A DNA stretch of 64,000 bases from Selaginella moellendorffii (Eukaryota; Plantae; Lycopodiophyta), in the NCBI RefSeq assembly GCF_000143415.4, contig NW_003314394.1:299025-363024 (forward strand), in the 5' to 3' direction. The notes under the pieces were generated by a model that was not told where the DNA came from, did no database searches, and worked only from the letters and a program-made list of their open reading frames with translations. The translations under genes were made by a program, and so were the position numbers. How positions within the stretch are numbered: the stretch's first letter is position 1; the number at the start of each line of letters is the position of its first letter. Positions 24,057 through 35,208 of the stretch are shown here, piece after piece.

Positions 24057-24859
24057 ATCGCAGGAGCCCTAATTTCTTAGATGTTAAATAGGATCTACTT
24101 TATTAACTTCGTTGCATAATATAATTTAAACACGAGAAGATTCCCTCCAAAGGTTTAGTCGAGCACCACTTGTCTCCGGCTCAATGCACATCAATCTTTC
24201 ACGAAAAAGAATAGAAGGAGTGACGAATCGAGCCCTGGAGGAAGAGGTATTCCGAGATTTCCCCGATTTTGATCTTTGTGACGATTTTCCCTTGGATCGG
24301 GAAGAACTCGACCCGATCTAGCGATAAAGAAGAATGCGGCATCGGAAATCCCCGGCGAAGTCGCCGCCTTTCAGACAAGGGTAAGCGATTGATTCTTCTT
24401 AACTACCATAGCCAATCTTCCCCACTGCAGCTGGTTCTTTCGGAGCGCATGCACCTTGCTGCGCACCAATCTTTCGTCGCTAGAATGGGAGAAAGCACGA
24501 CAGCACTGGAAGAAGAGGTATTTACAGATTTCCCTTTCTCCGATTAGCTCTTTGTGACGATTGTCCCTCCGGAAGGCCCGATCCAGAGATAAAGACGACA
24601 TTGGGAATCCCCAGAGCAACGCTGACGTTGTTCCAGCTCTTTCCGATGCCCGGGGTGAGTTTTGGTCGACTTTCTTTGATAGATGCGATCCTTTCCGGGA
24701 ACTCTTAGCTCCAGGTGATGTCTATTTTGGTTCTGCAAGGCTATAACAACTGGACCACTTCTTTTCAGATACTTCTTTTGCTAGATGCGATTCTTCCTGG
24801 GACGAAATGGAAGCCTTATATCCTGGAGATGTTGTAAGTCGTCTCATTTTTACTTTCCA

Positions 24860-25992
24860 GCAGCCATTTCTTTGGCTTCATGCTGCATACAGATAAGTGG
24901 CATTCTGAACCTTGCTCTTGGGACGATCGACATTTGTCGATGTATCCAACAAAAGGAGCAGCTGCTTACGCCACCAGAGCCTCACTATGCATACAATATG
25001 GGAGATCTGTCTGTGCAGGTGACGAGGACCAAAACATGATTGAGTCTCGTTTGCAGCTCAAATGCGACTACGTTTTGGGCTATGCCAATTCCATCCGAAT
25101 GGATACGACAAACTTTCCGAAGAGGTATATGTGCATTGCAATCTTCGTTGGCATTCCGCACTCCGGTTAACAAACTCTTTCACAGGTATGAAGATGCAAC
25201 GATTGTGGAGGAGCAAGTCGCTGAGCTCAACTCTCAAACGAGAAATCCTCTTGTCTAGCTTATCAAACGTGTTCTTCGACAGCCTTATGGAAATGCTTTG
25301 CTAGCGGAAGTGGGAGGAGTAGCCCGCCAATCTCTCACTAAACTGGCCACTTCCATGGCAACTTATATGCTATTCAAGATGTATCTTATGGAACGGAGAG
25401 AAGGCCTGAAGGTTTGTCTCTTTTCTCTTTCTTTCTTGCTTTCCTTTTTGTACTGTGTTCAGTGAATGAACTTTGCAGGTGGTTTTGAAAGGTGATAACA
25501 ATGCCTTCAGTGATCCTCAACTAACAGAATAAATATTTCTCCAAGATATAAATAGTATTTTGAACACTGGAGAGGTATGGACTAGCCGTAAGCAGTCTCC
25601 GAATGCCCTCAAGCTTTTATGGTTTGCTTTCAGGTGCCAAACTTTTACCCCGCAAGGGTCGTGCTAAAAAGGCAGGAGTAGCAGGCACACAGGTGGAACT
25701 TTACATGTTGGAGCAATACAAGAGAAATCTGCACACGGTCATTCTATTTTGTTCAGCATTTCGCGCAAGCAGCAACGGCATTTTCATGTCACTCCGACTT
25801 CAGTTTTGGAGCTTTTGGAGGTATGTTTCTGCGCTCATGTACGTAATGCCAATCCATTCTATTACTGTCACGCAGATGGGACCTAAAAAGTTGCTGGGTG
25901 CTCAACACCAAGTGAAAGTAATGAAAAAGGAATGTGAAGCTCTTCAGACCGTCTTAAAAACTTGCGAAGAAACGGAATCAGAGCTTACTGTG
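24860..25992 (+). pseudogene. Axonemal dynein heavy-chain fragment (AAA3 lid, AAA4, start of stalk)
   Basis: LLTPPEPHYAYNMGDLS (cf. LPTPxKSHYxFNLRDLS), RVLRQPYGNALLAEVGGVARQSLTKLA (cf. GNALLVGVGGSGRQSLTRLA), FLQDINSILNTGEVPN, KRNLHTV, KKLLGAQHQVKVMKKE; stops at 25037, 25256, 25530 and internal deletions. Confidence 0.8.
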
Positions 25993-26386
25993 GTAAGTAT
26001 CCATCGCTGGTGATACTTGCACTTGGAGTAATAATGTGCTGCTGCGTGTACGCTATGCCAATACTGGGTGTTGGATACTCTTGCATCCAAAACTTGAGCA
26101 GCTGTGACACTTGCTTATTGGGAAAGACTGCTGGATGCCTGGCTAAAGATGTGCAAGGAAAAGAACATCCCTTCTGCTCCGACCTTCGAGCTTCCCACAG
26201 TTCTGGGCAGTCCTGTGGGAAGTAGTGACTGGGTGATACCGAACGATGGCTTTCTATAGACCATGGCATCATTATCAAACAGTGGCCACTTGTTGATTGA
26301 TTATCAATGCTTGCTTTAGTGACAATATTATTGAGTACAATGAACCTTTCCAGTTTTTTAAAGTTTTTTTGTTTCAGATAAGCATG

Positions 26387-26965
26387 CATTTCATTTTTTC
26401 ATGGCTTTTGAATATCTTGTGTTACATTCTAAAGCAAGATATTGATATTGCTTTGTATTTCATGTAATATATCAATATCTTGTCAATATTATATTTATAT
26501 ACCAATATCAATTTCATTAAAATGAAATAAAAGTTAATTTAATTGAAATGAAATCAATAAAATTTCAAAGTCATAATAAAATGAAATTGATCATTAAAGT
26601 TTCATTGAATCAATTTCATTTTCTTTCATTTTATTGATTTTCATTTTAATTTCAATTCAATTCAAATGAAATTCAATAAAAATCAATGATCAATTTGAAA
26701 TATTTATCTTTTCATGGCTCTTAAATATATTGTATTATATTTCAAAATAAGATATTGATATTACTCTATATTTTATGCAATATATCAATATCTTACCAAT
26801 GTCACATTGATAGATCAATGTTAATTTCATTGAATCAATTTAATCATTTTCATTGAAATGATATGAAAGTTAATTTGATTAAAATGAAAGCAATAAGATT
26901 TCAAAGTCACAATGAAATGAAATTCATCATTGAAATTTCAATGAATCAATGATATTTCATTGAAT
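26387..26965. repeat. AT-rich ~315-bp tandem duplication with an internal inverted repeat and ATTTCATT/AATGAAAT motifs
   Basis: Units begin ttttcatggct at ~26397 and ~26710; caagatattgatat (26435-26448) pairs with atatcaatatcttg (26469-26482). Confidence 0.7.
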
Positions 26966-28136
26966 TTTATATAATGTTTATTAGAAAAATGTATATTTTA
27001 ATTTCTTTAGTAATTATCTACATGTGTTATTTTCACTTCAATTTTTCTTTTAGACACTAGAGCCTAGACTAGATTATTACTCGCTTTCCTATGATAAACA
27101 TGGAAATTGTTAATTTGATTCATCTCAAATTAATCAAGGACAAAATTATATAAAACATTAAGGAGTTGTTTGATATATGTGTTGATCTCAATAGTTTCAT
27201 CACATAGTCTTTACATTAATGGGATTTATGAAAGACATCAATCGAAATGAGACTCTACTAGGAATACAACAACCTTTAGAAATGCAATTAAAATATATTT
27301 TTTTTACCAACAATTGCATGTAAATAATTACTAAAGGAATTAAAATTTACACTTTCTAACAAACAAATTTAAATTTCAACAAGCTATGCAAAAGAAATGT
27401 CACAAATATGTTTAACTTTATAAAAGTTGAGAAGTTTAAAATCTTGACACCAAAGGACTTTGGTTTCCCTTGGTATTCACTTGGATAAATGTGATGAAAA
27501 GTAATAATTATGAAACTTAAATTAAATGGCCTATTTAAATTGTTCATAGTGAACCATCAAAACATTTCATCCCTAAGCCAAATGTTCTCCACTGCATTTT
27601 GGACGTGCTGCAACAGTGCATTGTGCCTGGGTCTCTAGGTACATCACCATAGAACCATCATGAGCCACTCCCACGGCATCGGAGCAAGAACTCCGCGAGT
27701 CTGGACAATCCTTGGTCACGTAGTACCCTGCAGTGATATCTCCAACCTTCTGGAAGTTGCCATCACAGCACTGGGATCCAATCGCTTGGAATGAAAATCG
27801 AGGTTCTTCACCTCTCATGACACCAGGAGGCTATACACGAGGTACGCAAACTTCTGGCACACTGTAACAGCGTTGTCTGAGATGAGGTTGTTATCCTTGC
27901 TAATATTTATACAGCTCAGCCTTGGCACTGATCGCCAGCGTCCTCTTTACATGCACAGACGCACAAACCACAGCTGCCACCTTGTACTCTGGCTCAAAAG
28001 GCTCAAGATGGAAGATATGGCTGAAGCGTTTCAGGTATTGTCTTAAATATCCACGCACTTCTCCTTCCGGCCTCGAGCAAAGCAGCCTGGTACTGGCACA
28101 ATCAGTCCGGATCATTGGTACACTCGCCATGGGATC

Positions 28137-29331
28137 GAGCCGCCCATCGCCCAGGAATCCCTCGTACACCGATCCAAATCCCCCAGCTCCAAGCTTCCGG
28201 GAGAATCCCTTGGTCGCGGACACGAGCACCGAGTAGGAGAATCGCTGGGGCAGCCCGCGGACGCTCCAGAGCACCGCGTTGAGATCGCTGTCGGCCTGGT
28301 TCTTGCGGCGATTCCTCCACACCAGGACGGCCAGCACCGCTGCCAGGACGATCGCGGCGGCGGCGATGCCCGCCACGAGCTGGACGATCCTGTTCTTGGA
28401 TAGTTTGGGACTTTGGGATGACATTTGGCACAATCAGTCCGTCCACTGCCGGATCCTCCGCCATGCTCCCGATCAGCGCATCGCCCACGAAGAAGCACTC
28501 GCGCGATCGATCGTTGTAGAAGAGCGCCATGCACTGGCAATTGGAGAGGCAATCGGTGGAGCACTCCTGGAGCGAGGATCGCTTGCTGGGCGCCACGAAT
28601 CCGGTGGAGAAGTAGCGGATCCCGGTAGCGTTGAGGAAGTGGTGATTGTAGATCTCGTTCTCGCAGACCATCGGCTGGGGGATACCTGTGCTTGGGGCCG
28701 AGCAAGCACCGCCGCTGCTAGCATTCCCGCCAAAGCTCTCGTTCCCCTTGCTGTGGATCTCCACGCATCGGCATTTCCCTCCGGCCTCGCAGATCCCATA
28801 GGGGCCGCAAGCCAGCGGCAGCTTGCACGGATCATCGCCCGCGAATCGCGAGTCGGGTAGCCAGTCCGAGGAGGATCGATCCAGGCCATAGACGACAAGG
28901 TCGCCGTTTGGATCCAGCCTAACAAACGGAAGAACGAGAGGAGGATCGCTTCTCCTGGAAGCCAAGATCTCGAGAGATTTCCCGGCGCCGCAAGAATCGT
29001 GGCCGAGAATGAGATTGTTCCCGGAGAAGCCAAGAGCCGCCGGGCATGACGATGATGATCCTTCCAGCCTCCAGAGATTGTATGGCTGGGATCGCAACGA
29101 GAGCGTGAGGGTTTCTTGTGAGACCGCCGCCGCGAAGAACCCCTGCGAGAACTGCGTCGCCGCGCTGCCATTCCTGGCCGAGCTCGTGAGGCGCATCCCG
29201 GATTTGAGCGCTTGCCCGGGCAGCATCGTGTCGCCGGGGGAATCGAAACTCTGCCATATCCTAGCGCCGCTCTCGTCGAAGAAGGCGATTCCTCGAGCTC
29301 GATCCCTGCGATGCCGGTCACAACTCGCCAT
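28137..29331 (-). pseudogene. G-type lectin S-receptor-like kinase fragment (truncated at both ends, frameshift ~28430)
   Basis: IWQSFDSPGDTMLPGQ, EGF-like CKLPLACGPYGIC, PAN CLSNCQCMALFY, TM helix, FSYSVLVSATKGFSRKLGAGGFGSVYEG, then an abrupt end. Confidence 0.85.
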
Positions 29332-29908
29332 GGGATCATCGCGTTGCCACTCTCTGAAGGCTTACATTTTATTTAATAATACCTTTTAAGTGTGAATGCA
29401 AGCATTTTAAAACACGTTATTACGAAAAGTAAACTAGCATTACTCTTATGAATAGCATTATTTATGCCCTTGCATTAGCAATGTATTCCAGATAGACCAG
29501 CCTTTAAAAGCTGACACAAACAGTTACTTTTTTTGTTGACTTTTACTTGACTAGGTTGACTTTACATGTGCATATGTATGACAGATGGAGAGCAAGGTTG
29601 GAGAAGACATAGGAATGCGTTTTGGGCAGTCACAAGGAAGGTAGTTTTGGGCAAGCAATATATTTAAAGACATATACGTAGAGGGGTCATAGATTTCCAG
29701 ATGCTAATTATCTATTCGATGTAAAAAGCACACTTCTTCCAGGTACTTTACATCCCGTAACGTTTTGCTGTGTATTGCTGTTTATTGTCCAATCCTGTTT
29801 GGGATTTATAAAAACATGTTCGCATGAATGACAAAGGCATTTGTGGTGGGCGAGAAGAAGAGATTGATCGACGTGGGCGAAGCTGGAAGAGAAAGCGTGA
29901 AGTGATCG

Positions 29909-30130
29909 ATGTGGGCGACTTACTTTGATCGATCGAGTGTCGCCCAAATGCGTCTTTGCTCCAAAATCTTTCCTCTCGTCGATGGATCGACTTGATCGAG
30001 GGAGAGATGGGAACATATGTGGGCGACTTACTTTGATCGATCGAGTGTCGCCCAAATGCGTCTTTGCTCCAAAATCTTTCCTCTCGTCGATGGATCGACT
30101 TGATCGAGGGAGAGATGGGAACATATGTGG
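29909..30130 (+). repeat. 108-bp perfect tandem duplication (single copy at ~19829-19942)
   Basis: The unit atgtgggcgacttactttgatc...gggagagatgggaacat starts at 29909 and 30017. Confidence 0.92.
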
Positions 30131-30229
30131 CGAACTTATACAACACTTGACCGCCGCGGTAAAATTTCTCGCATTGGTCAATAATTCTGAAGTTTAGGTC
30201 AGGCAAACAGGGGTTAGGGTTTATGGCGA

Positions 30230-31915
30230 ATGAGGCAATGCCGCGCCAAGGAGCGAGCGATCCACGCCTTCGCGAATGTAGGCTGGGATTCCTCCACGAT
30301 TCCATCGCAGTGGTGTCATCGATCGTGTTCTGGCGCGAGGAGGAGGGATTTCTTCAGCGAGGTAGGCGGTCCAAACGTTTTCACCTTCCTCGTGGCATTC
30401 AAGGCGTGCAGCATGGCGAGAGAGCTCGAGCTTGGCAGAAGAATTCACGACGACGCTGCCGGGATTGGAGATCTTTCTAGCAATTTCGTGGCCACCGCTG
30501 CCGTGGACATGTACTCGAGCTGTGGAAGCATGGCGGAGGCTCGCAGGATCTTTGAGAGCTTGGCAAATCCAGACGTGGCGCTGTGGAACTCTCTGGTGAT
30601 GGGATACGCGAGAAACAGGGATAGCAGGCTGGCTTTGGAGTTTTTCTTCGCGATGGACCGCGAAGCAAATGCTCGGAGCTATGTAGCGGGGCTCACGGCT
30701 TGCTCGGGCATGGCGGGCGAAGAACAGGGACAGGAGATCGATAGGAAAGAGATCAAAGTTATGAGCCTGGAAAAGGGGATGGAAATTCACTCGCGAGCAG
30801 TGAAAGGTGGTCACTTGGGAGAGATTTTCGTGCAGAACTCGCTGGTGGACATGTATGGAAAGTGTGGAAGCGTTCTGGACGCAAGAACAGTGTTTGACAG
30901 GATGATGCATCACGACGTGATCTCGTGGAATTCTCTAATGGTCGGATCTGTGGAAAGTGGTGAGATCGACTTGGCTCTCGATCTCTTCGACTGGATCCAT
31001 CGAAGCTGCGAGCTGCTGATAAACCCGAGAGTCTACGTGACTGCTCTCACGGCGTGCTCTCGCAAGGCTATGAAAGAAGAGCGGAAGGTGGGAGGACTTG
31101 TGAAGATCGAGAGCCTTGAGAGAAGCATGGAAGTTCACTGCTTGGCGTCCGGGAAGAACAGCTGTGATCAGCTAGATCTCTTCGTGGGAAACACACTCGT
31201 CGAAGCGTATTCCAAGTGCTCGTCCATGCTAGACGCTCGGCGAGCTTTCGACAGGATGAAAGACCACGATGCTGTGTCTTGGACGAGCCTCATTCTGGGA
31301 TACACAGACAACAACGAAGCCGAGCTAGCTCTGGAGATCTTCTCGGCTATGGCGGCTCAAGGCGTTTGCAAGCTCCACTCTGGGACTTTCGTGGCGGCCT
31401 TGACGGCTTGCTCGAGCTTGGAGAGGGTCCAGGAATTCCACTCTCGGTTTCTGGAGGCTGGTTGCTACGACAACGCTGGGGCTGTCGTCGAGAACAGCTT
31501 GATCGACGCTTACTCGAGATGTGGAAGAACAGTGGAGGCAAAGTCTGTGTTTGATTCGATCGAGAGCCCGACTGTGGTCTCGTGGAACGCTCTCATGCTG
31601 GGATACGAGGAGAATGGTGAATCCCAGCTCGCTCTCGACTTGTTCCAGATGATGATCCGGCAGAGGCTGTGCTCTCCTAACGCCAAAACTCTCGTCGCCG
31701 CGCTCACGGCCTGTGCAAGACTCGGGGCAGCCGAGGAGAGCTCCAGAGAGAAGGCTGCGTTGCTTCAAACAGGCGTGTCCATTCAGCGTGAAGCCGAGAG
31801 ACTCTTCTACGACTCGGACGTGTCTGTGACGCGAGCTCTCGAGATCATGTATGCAAAGTGTGGTGAAGCTCGCGAGATTTTCCTGGGCGATGATGGTGAT
31901 GGAAGTCACAGATAA
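30230..31915 (+). CDS. PLS-class pentatricopeptide repeat protein
   Basis: Intronless 561-aa ORF with repeated NSLVDMYGKCG..AR.VFD.M...DVISWN-type motifs. Confidence 0.88.
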   Translation: MRQCRAKERAIHAFANVGWDSSTIPSQWCHRSCSGARRRDFFSEVGGPNVFTFLVAFKACSMARELELGRRIHDDAAGIGDLSSNFVATAAVDMYSSCGSMAEARRIFESLANPDVALWNSLVMGYARNRDSRLALEFFFAMDREANARSYVAGLTACSGMAGEEQGQEIDRKEIKVMSLEKGMEIHSRAVKGGHLGEIFVQNSLVDMYGKCGSVLDARTVFDRMMHHDVISWNSLMVGSVESGEIDLALDLFDWIHRSCELLINPRVYVTALTACSRKAMKEERKVGGLVKIESLERSMEVHCLASGKNSCDQLDLFVGNTLVEAYSKCSSMLDARRAFDRMKDHDAVSWTSLILGYTDNNEAELALEIFSAMAAQGVCKLHSGTFVAALTACSSLERVQEFHSRFLEAGCYDNAGAVVENSLIDAYSRCGRTVEAKSVFDSIESPTVVSWNALMLGYEENGESQLALDLFQMMIRQRLCSPNAKTLVAALTACARLGAAEESSREKAALLQTGVSIQREAERLFYDSDVSVTRALEIMYAKCGEAREIFLGDDGDGSHR

Positions 31916-31982
31916 TTTTGTAAGTTTTGATCATTTTCTTCGATCTCTTCTGAAAAAATTGGTTTCTCTTCTTGTGAGTAGT

Positions 31983-33869
31983 TTAAGAGCGCATGCTCTT
32001 TGGCTTGACGGCTTCCATGGCCCGGAGCGCCACCTCCGCGTCCTCCTTGTTCCTGGCACTGCCGTACATGCTTGACAATAGCATGTACGGCGCCGAGTTC
32101 TCGGGATCCATCACAAACGCCCTCTCTGCCGCCCTGGCCGCGCGCTTGAAATCCCCAAAGACTTTACACCCGCCGACGAGCGAGATCCACGCCACCACAT
32201 CCGCGCTCGCCGGCATTGTCTCGATGAGCTCCTCGCAAATCTCCAGCCACCCCCCGCGCGCCAGCAAATCCACCACGCACCCAAACAGGCTGACCTCCGG
32301 CACGATCCCGAAGTCCCGCTGGAGCGACACGAAGTAACCGATGCCGTCTTCCAGCCGACCAGCGTGGCTGCATGCCGACAGCAGGCTCAAGAAGCTGATC
32401 CCGTCGGGGACATTTCCTTCCAGAAGCATGACGTGGAAGAGTTCTATGGCCGCCACGTTGCAGCCGGCCTGGGTATGTGCCGACAGGATCGCGTTCCACG
32501 CCACGACGTTGGGACGGGACATTCCGGCGAACACGTCAGCAGCCCGCCGGAGGTTGCCGCATTTAGCGTACATGTTGAGCATGCCGGTACGGACAGCCGG
32601 GTCGGACGCTAGGTCCGTACACTTGATGCTTTCGTGGACAAGGATCCCATCGTTGAGTGCTGAGGCGTTGAGACACGCGTCAAGGATCGCGATGATGGTG
32701 ATGACGTTGGGGCGTACCCCGTCCAAGTCCATCTCACGGAAGAGGCCTAGGGCTTGCGTTAGCTGCCCGTTCTGGGCATATGCCGACAGCATGGCGTTCC
32801 ACGTGGCTGCCACGCGGACAGGCAGCGCGTCGAATATGCCCCGCGCATCCCGCAACCGGCCGTGATGCCCGTACGCCGTGATCGCCGCCGTCCATCCCAC
32901 CATGTTGTTGGACGGCATCCGCGGCAGGAGGGCCTCCACCTCCTCCAAGCTCCCGCATTTGCCGTAGAAATTGACGAGCGAGGTCACGACAATGGCCTCG
33001 CGCTCCAATCCAACCGCTGCGAGGGATTCGTGGATCGATCGGCCCTCCCAGAGATCCCCCAGCGAGGAGCATGCGCTGATCACACCCGCGGCAGTGACAC
33101 GATCCGGGAGGAAGCCCTCGAGATCCATCGCCCGGAAGAACCCTAGCGCGAGCTTGGCGTGGCCATTCTGGGCGCTGGCGGATACCATTGCGTTCCAGGA
33201 GATCGTGTTCTTCTCGGGCATCTGGTGGAAGAGATCGCAGCACTCGCCCAGATGCCCCAACCGGGCATAGCCTGTGACGATCGAATTCCAGCTGACGATG
33301 TCGCGCTCGCGCATCCGATCGAAGAGATCCCTGGCCTCGCGGATTCGATCGCCCTGGACGAACGCTTGGAGCATCGCATTCCAGGAGACGATGTTCTTGC
33401 GCGGGATGTGGTGGAAGATTTCCACTGCTAGATCGAGATGCCCGTTTTGGGCATAGCCAGAGAAGAGGATGTTCCACGAGTAGAGATTTTGATCCGGGAT
33501 GGAATCAAAGACCTCGCGCGCCGATTGTAGATCGCCGCACTGCGCGTACATCTGGACGAGGAGATTGAGAAGAAATCGATTGCGCGAATGGGAGATCGAG
33601 GAGGAGATTTTGGAGTGGATTCGTTTGCCCTCTTCCAGCGCCCGCGCGAAACCGCTGTCGCGAAGGAGCGCCGCGTAGATAGCCTGGCTCTCGGCGATCT
33701 GCCCCTGCTCGAGGAGATTGAGCGTCGACTGGACCCCTTTGCGGCATTCTTCCCGGATCCCGGCGTCCTTGTTGAATGCCTTCTTCGCAGAGTGGCCCTT
33801 GACGAAGAATGCGGGAGGAATCGCATCGGTGTGGAGGAAAGACCGCTGGATCCAGCGCCTTCTCTTCAT
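31983..33869 (-). CDS. PLS-E-class PPR protein (candidate organellar RNA-editing factor)
   Basis: 628-aa ORF with PLS repeats, LSACSHAG, CVVDLLARGG, E-domain DPENSAPYMLLSSMY; no DYW domain. Confidence 0.9.
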   Translation of the reverse strand: MKRRRWIQRSFLHTDAIPPAFFVKGHSAKKAFNKDAGIREECRKGVQSTLNLLEQGQIAESQAIYAALLRDSGFARALEEGKRIHSKISSSISHSRNRFLLNLLVQMYAQCGDLQSAREVFDSIPDQNLYSWNILFSGYAQNGHLDLAVEIFHHIPRKNIVSWNAMLQAFVQGDRIREARDLFDRMRERDIVSWNSIVTGYARLGHLGECCDLFHQMPEKNTISWNAMVSASAQNGHAKLALGFFRAMDLEGFLPDRVTAAGVISACSSLGDLWEGRSIHESLAAVGLEREAIVVTSLVNFYGKCGSLEEVEALLPRMPSNNMVGWTAAITAYGHHGRLRDARGIFDALPVRVAATWNAMLSAYAQNGQLTQALGLFREMDLDGVRPNVITIIAILDACLNASALNDGILVHESIKCTDLASDPAVRTGMLNMYAKCGNLRRAADVFAGMSRPNVVAWNAILSAHTQAGCNVAAIELFHVMLLEGNVPDGISFLSLLSACSHAGRLEDGIGYFVSLQRDFGIVPEVSLFGCVVDLLARGGWLEICEELIETMPASADVVAWISLVGGCKVFGDFKRAARAAERAFVMDPENSAPYMLLSSMYGSARNKEDAEVALRAMEAVKPKSMRS

Positions 33870-35208
33870 TCCATTCCATTTTCTTGCAAGAACCTAATCC
33901 TTGTTTTTAGGGCTCTTGGTAGCGCGCCAAAACTTTTTTATATAATGCTGAAATCGGAAGGGTGGTCGAGCATGCCAACGAGGTATGCCGGGTATTCCTA
34001 TGAAAACACCAAAGCTTAGTTTCCAGAGCTCTAGAAAGTTTAGGAAAGTAGCCCCAAGCTTGGCCTGGTTGTAAACATCTAGCAGCTCGTGAAGCCTTGG
34101 AAACACTTGAACATAAATGCTTGCAATGGAAATCGACTGCATTATATATTTTGCTGATGGTTGGATAGGGAACATGAAAGAAACTGAAATAGCAAAAAAC
34201 TCATGAAAATTTTACTCTGGAATCTTCTTACTCGTTTGGCACCAGGTATGATACAGATACCTGTATAGGCCAGACCCAATCGTTTGTGCTGTAAGGCGAA
34301 GCACAGACGTGGAGCTTGTAGTGATGAGCAGGCTCATCTCCCTCCAAGAGCTTTCGTCCCATGCCAGAGCCTGACGAACACAACGCTGGTGCTAAAGCAT
34401 GGTCCGTGGGGAAGAGTGGTGAGGTAAGACTCGTTCATGAACACTTCCATCGTATCCAGCAGCTCCTCGTCGCCCAGCTCCTCTTCCCCAAATCCAAGAG
34501 TGCAAAGAAAGAGTGGAGCCTTGCGAGTTAGGGGATCACATCCACACATTGCTTCCCAAACTTCCCATCCCATCATCTTGTTGTGTCTGCCCAATTTGTG
34601 ATTTCTGAGGCAGTATAGGGTGGGCGATGATTTCTTCCTGTCTGCCCAGGGGCAGGCAATTGCAAGGTTTTTTCTTTATTGTTTTGTGCCTAGGCATTGG
34701 ATTTGAACCCCAAACCAACTGGTAATGAAATAATAATAATACTTTATATATTATTATATATAAAATTAAACTTTAGTTGTGAGTGCTTGGATCAATTAGC
34801 CCAAAAACCCTAGCTTATATACAGAAGCGAATGGTCTGGATTGAAACCAATCGGACGGCTACCAAAATCCCACTACGCTAATACTAGTATACGGCATTGT
34901 AGCCATACACGTGGCCTTTACATCATCAGAATAATGGAAAACCATCAGGGTTCTCTCGTAGACGGGCCGGGATTTGGAGGAATGTCAGGAGTGTCAAAGT
35001 CAACCTACCAAAATTGACCCAAGAACTATCAAACAAGAGAAATGAAACTTTTGAGTTTATAGAAATATATATTACTTTATTGATTTGCAAGATTTAGTAA
35101 AAGATTTGCAAAAACTATTCTTTATTATGATTCTCATACTCTGTGACAAGCTTATGAGTATGTGTAAGATTACCAAGAGGCTCTCATGTTGATTCACAAG
35201 ATGGATAA

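Noticed and set aside
22802-28130. A MACPF or Cry35-like partner gene near the aegerolysin
   Set aside because: Nearby ORFs are PPR debris, dynein relic or unrecognised fragments; no MACPF signature seen
34660-34722. B-box-like GGTTCAAATCC with an A-rich tail (minus strand) as a tRNA or SINE
   Set aside because: No A-box, cloverleaf or TSD identifiable
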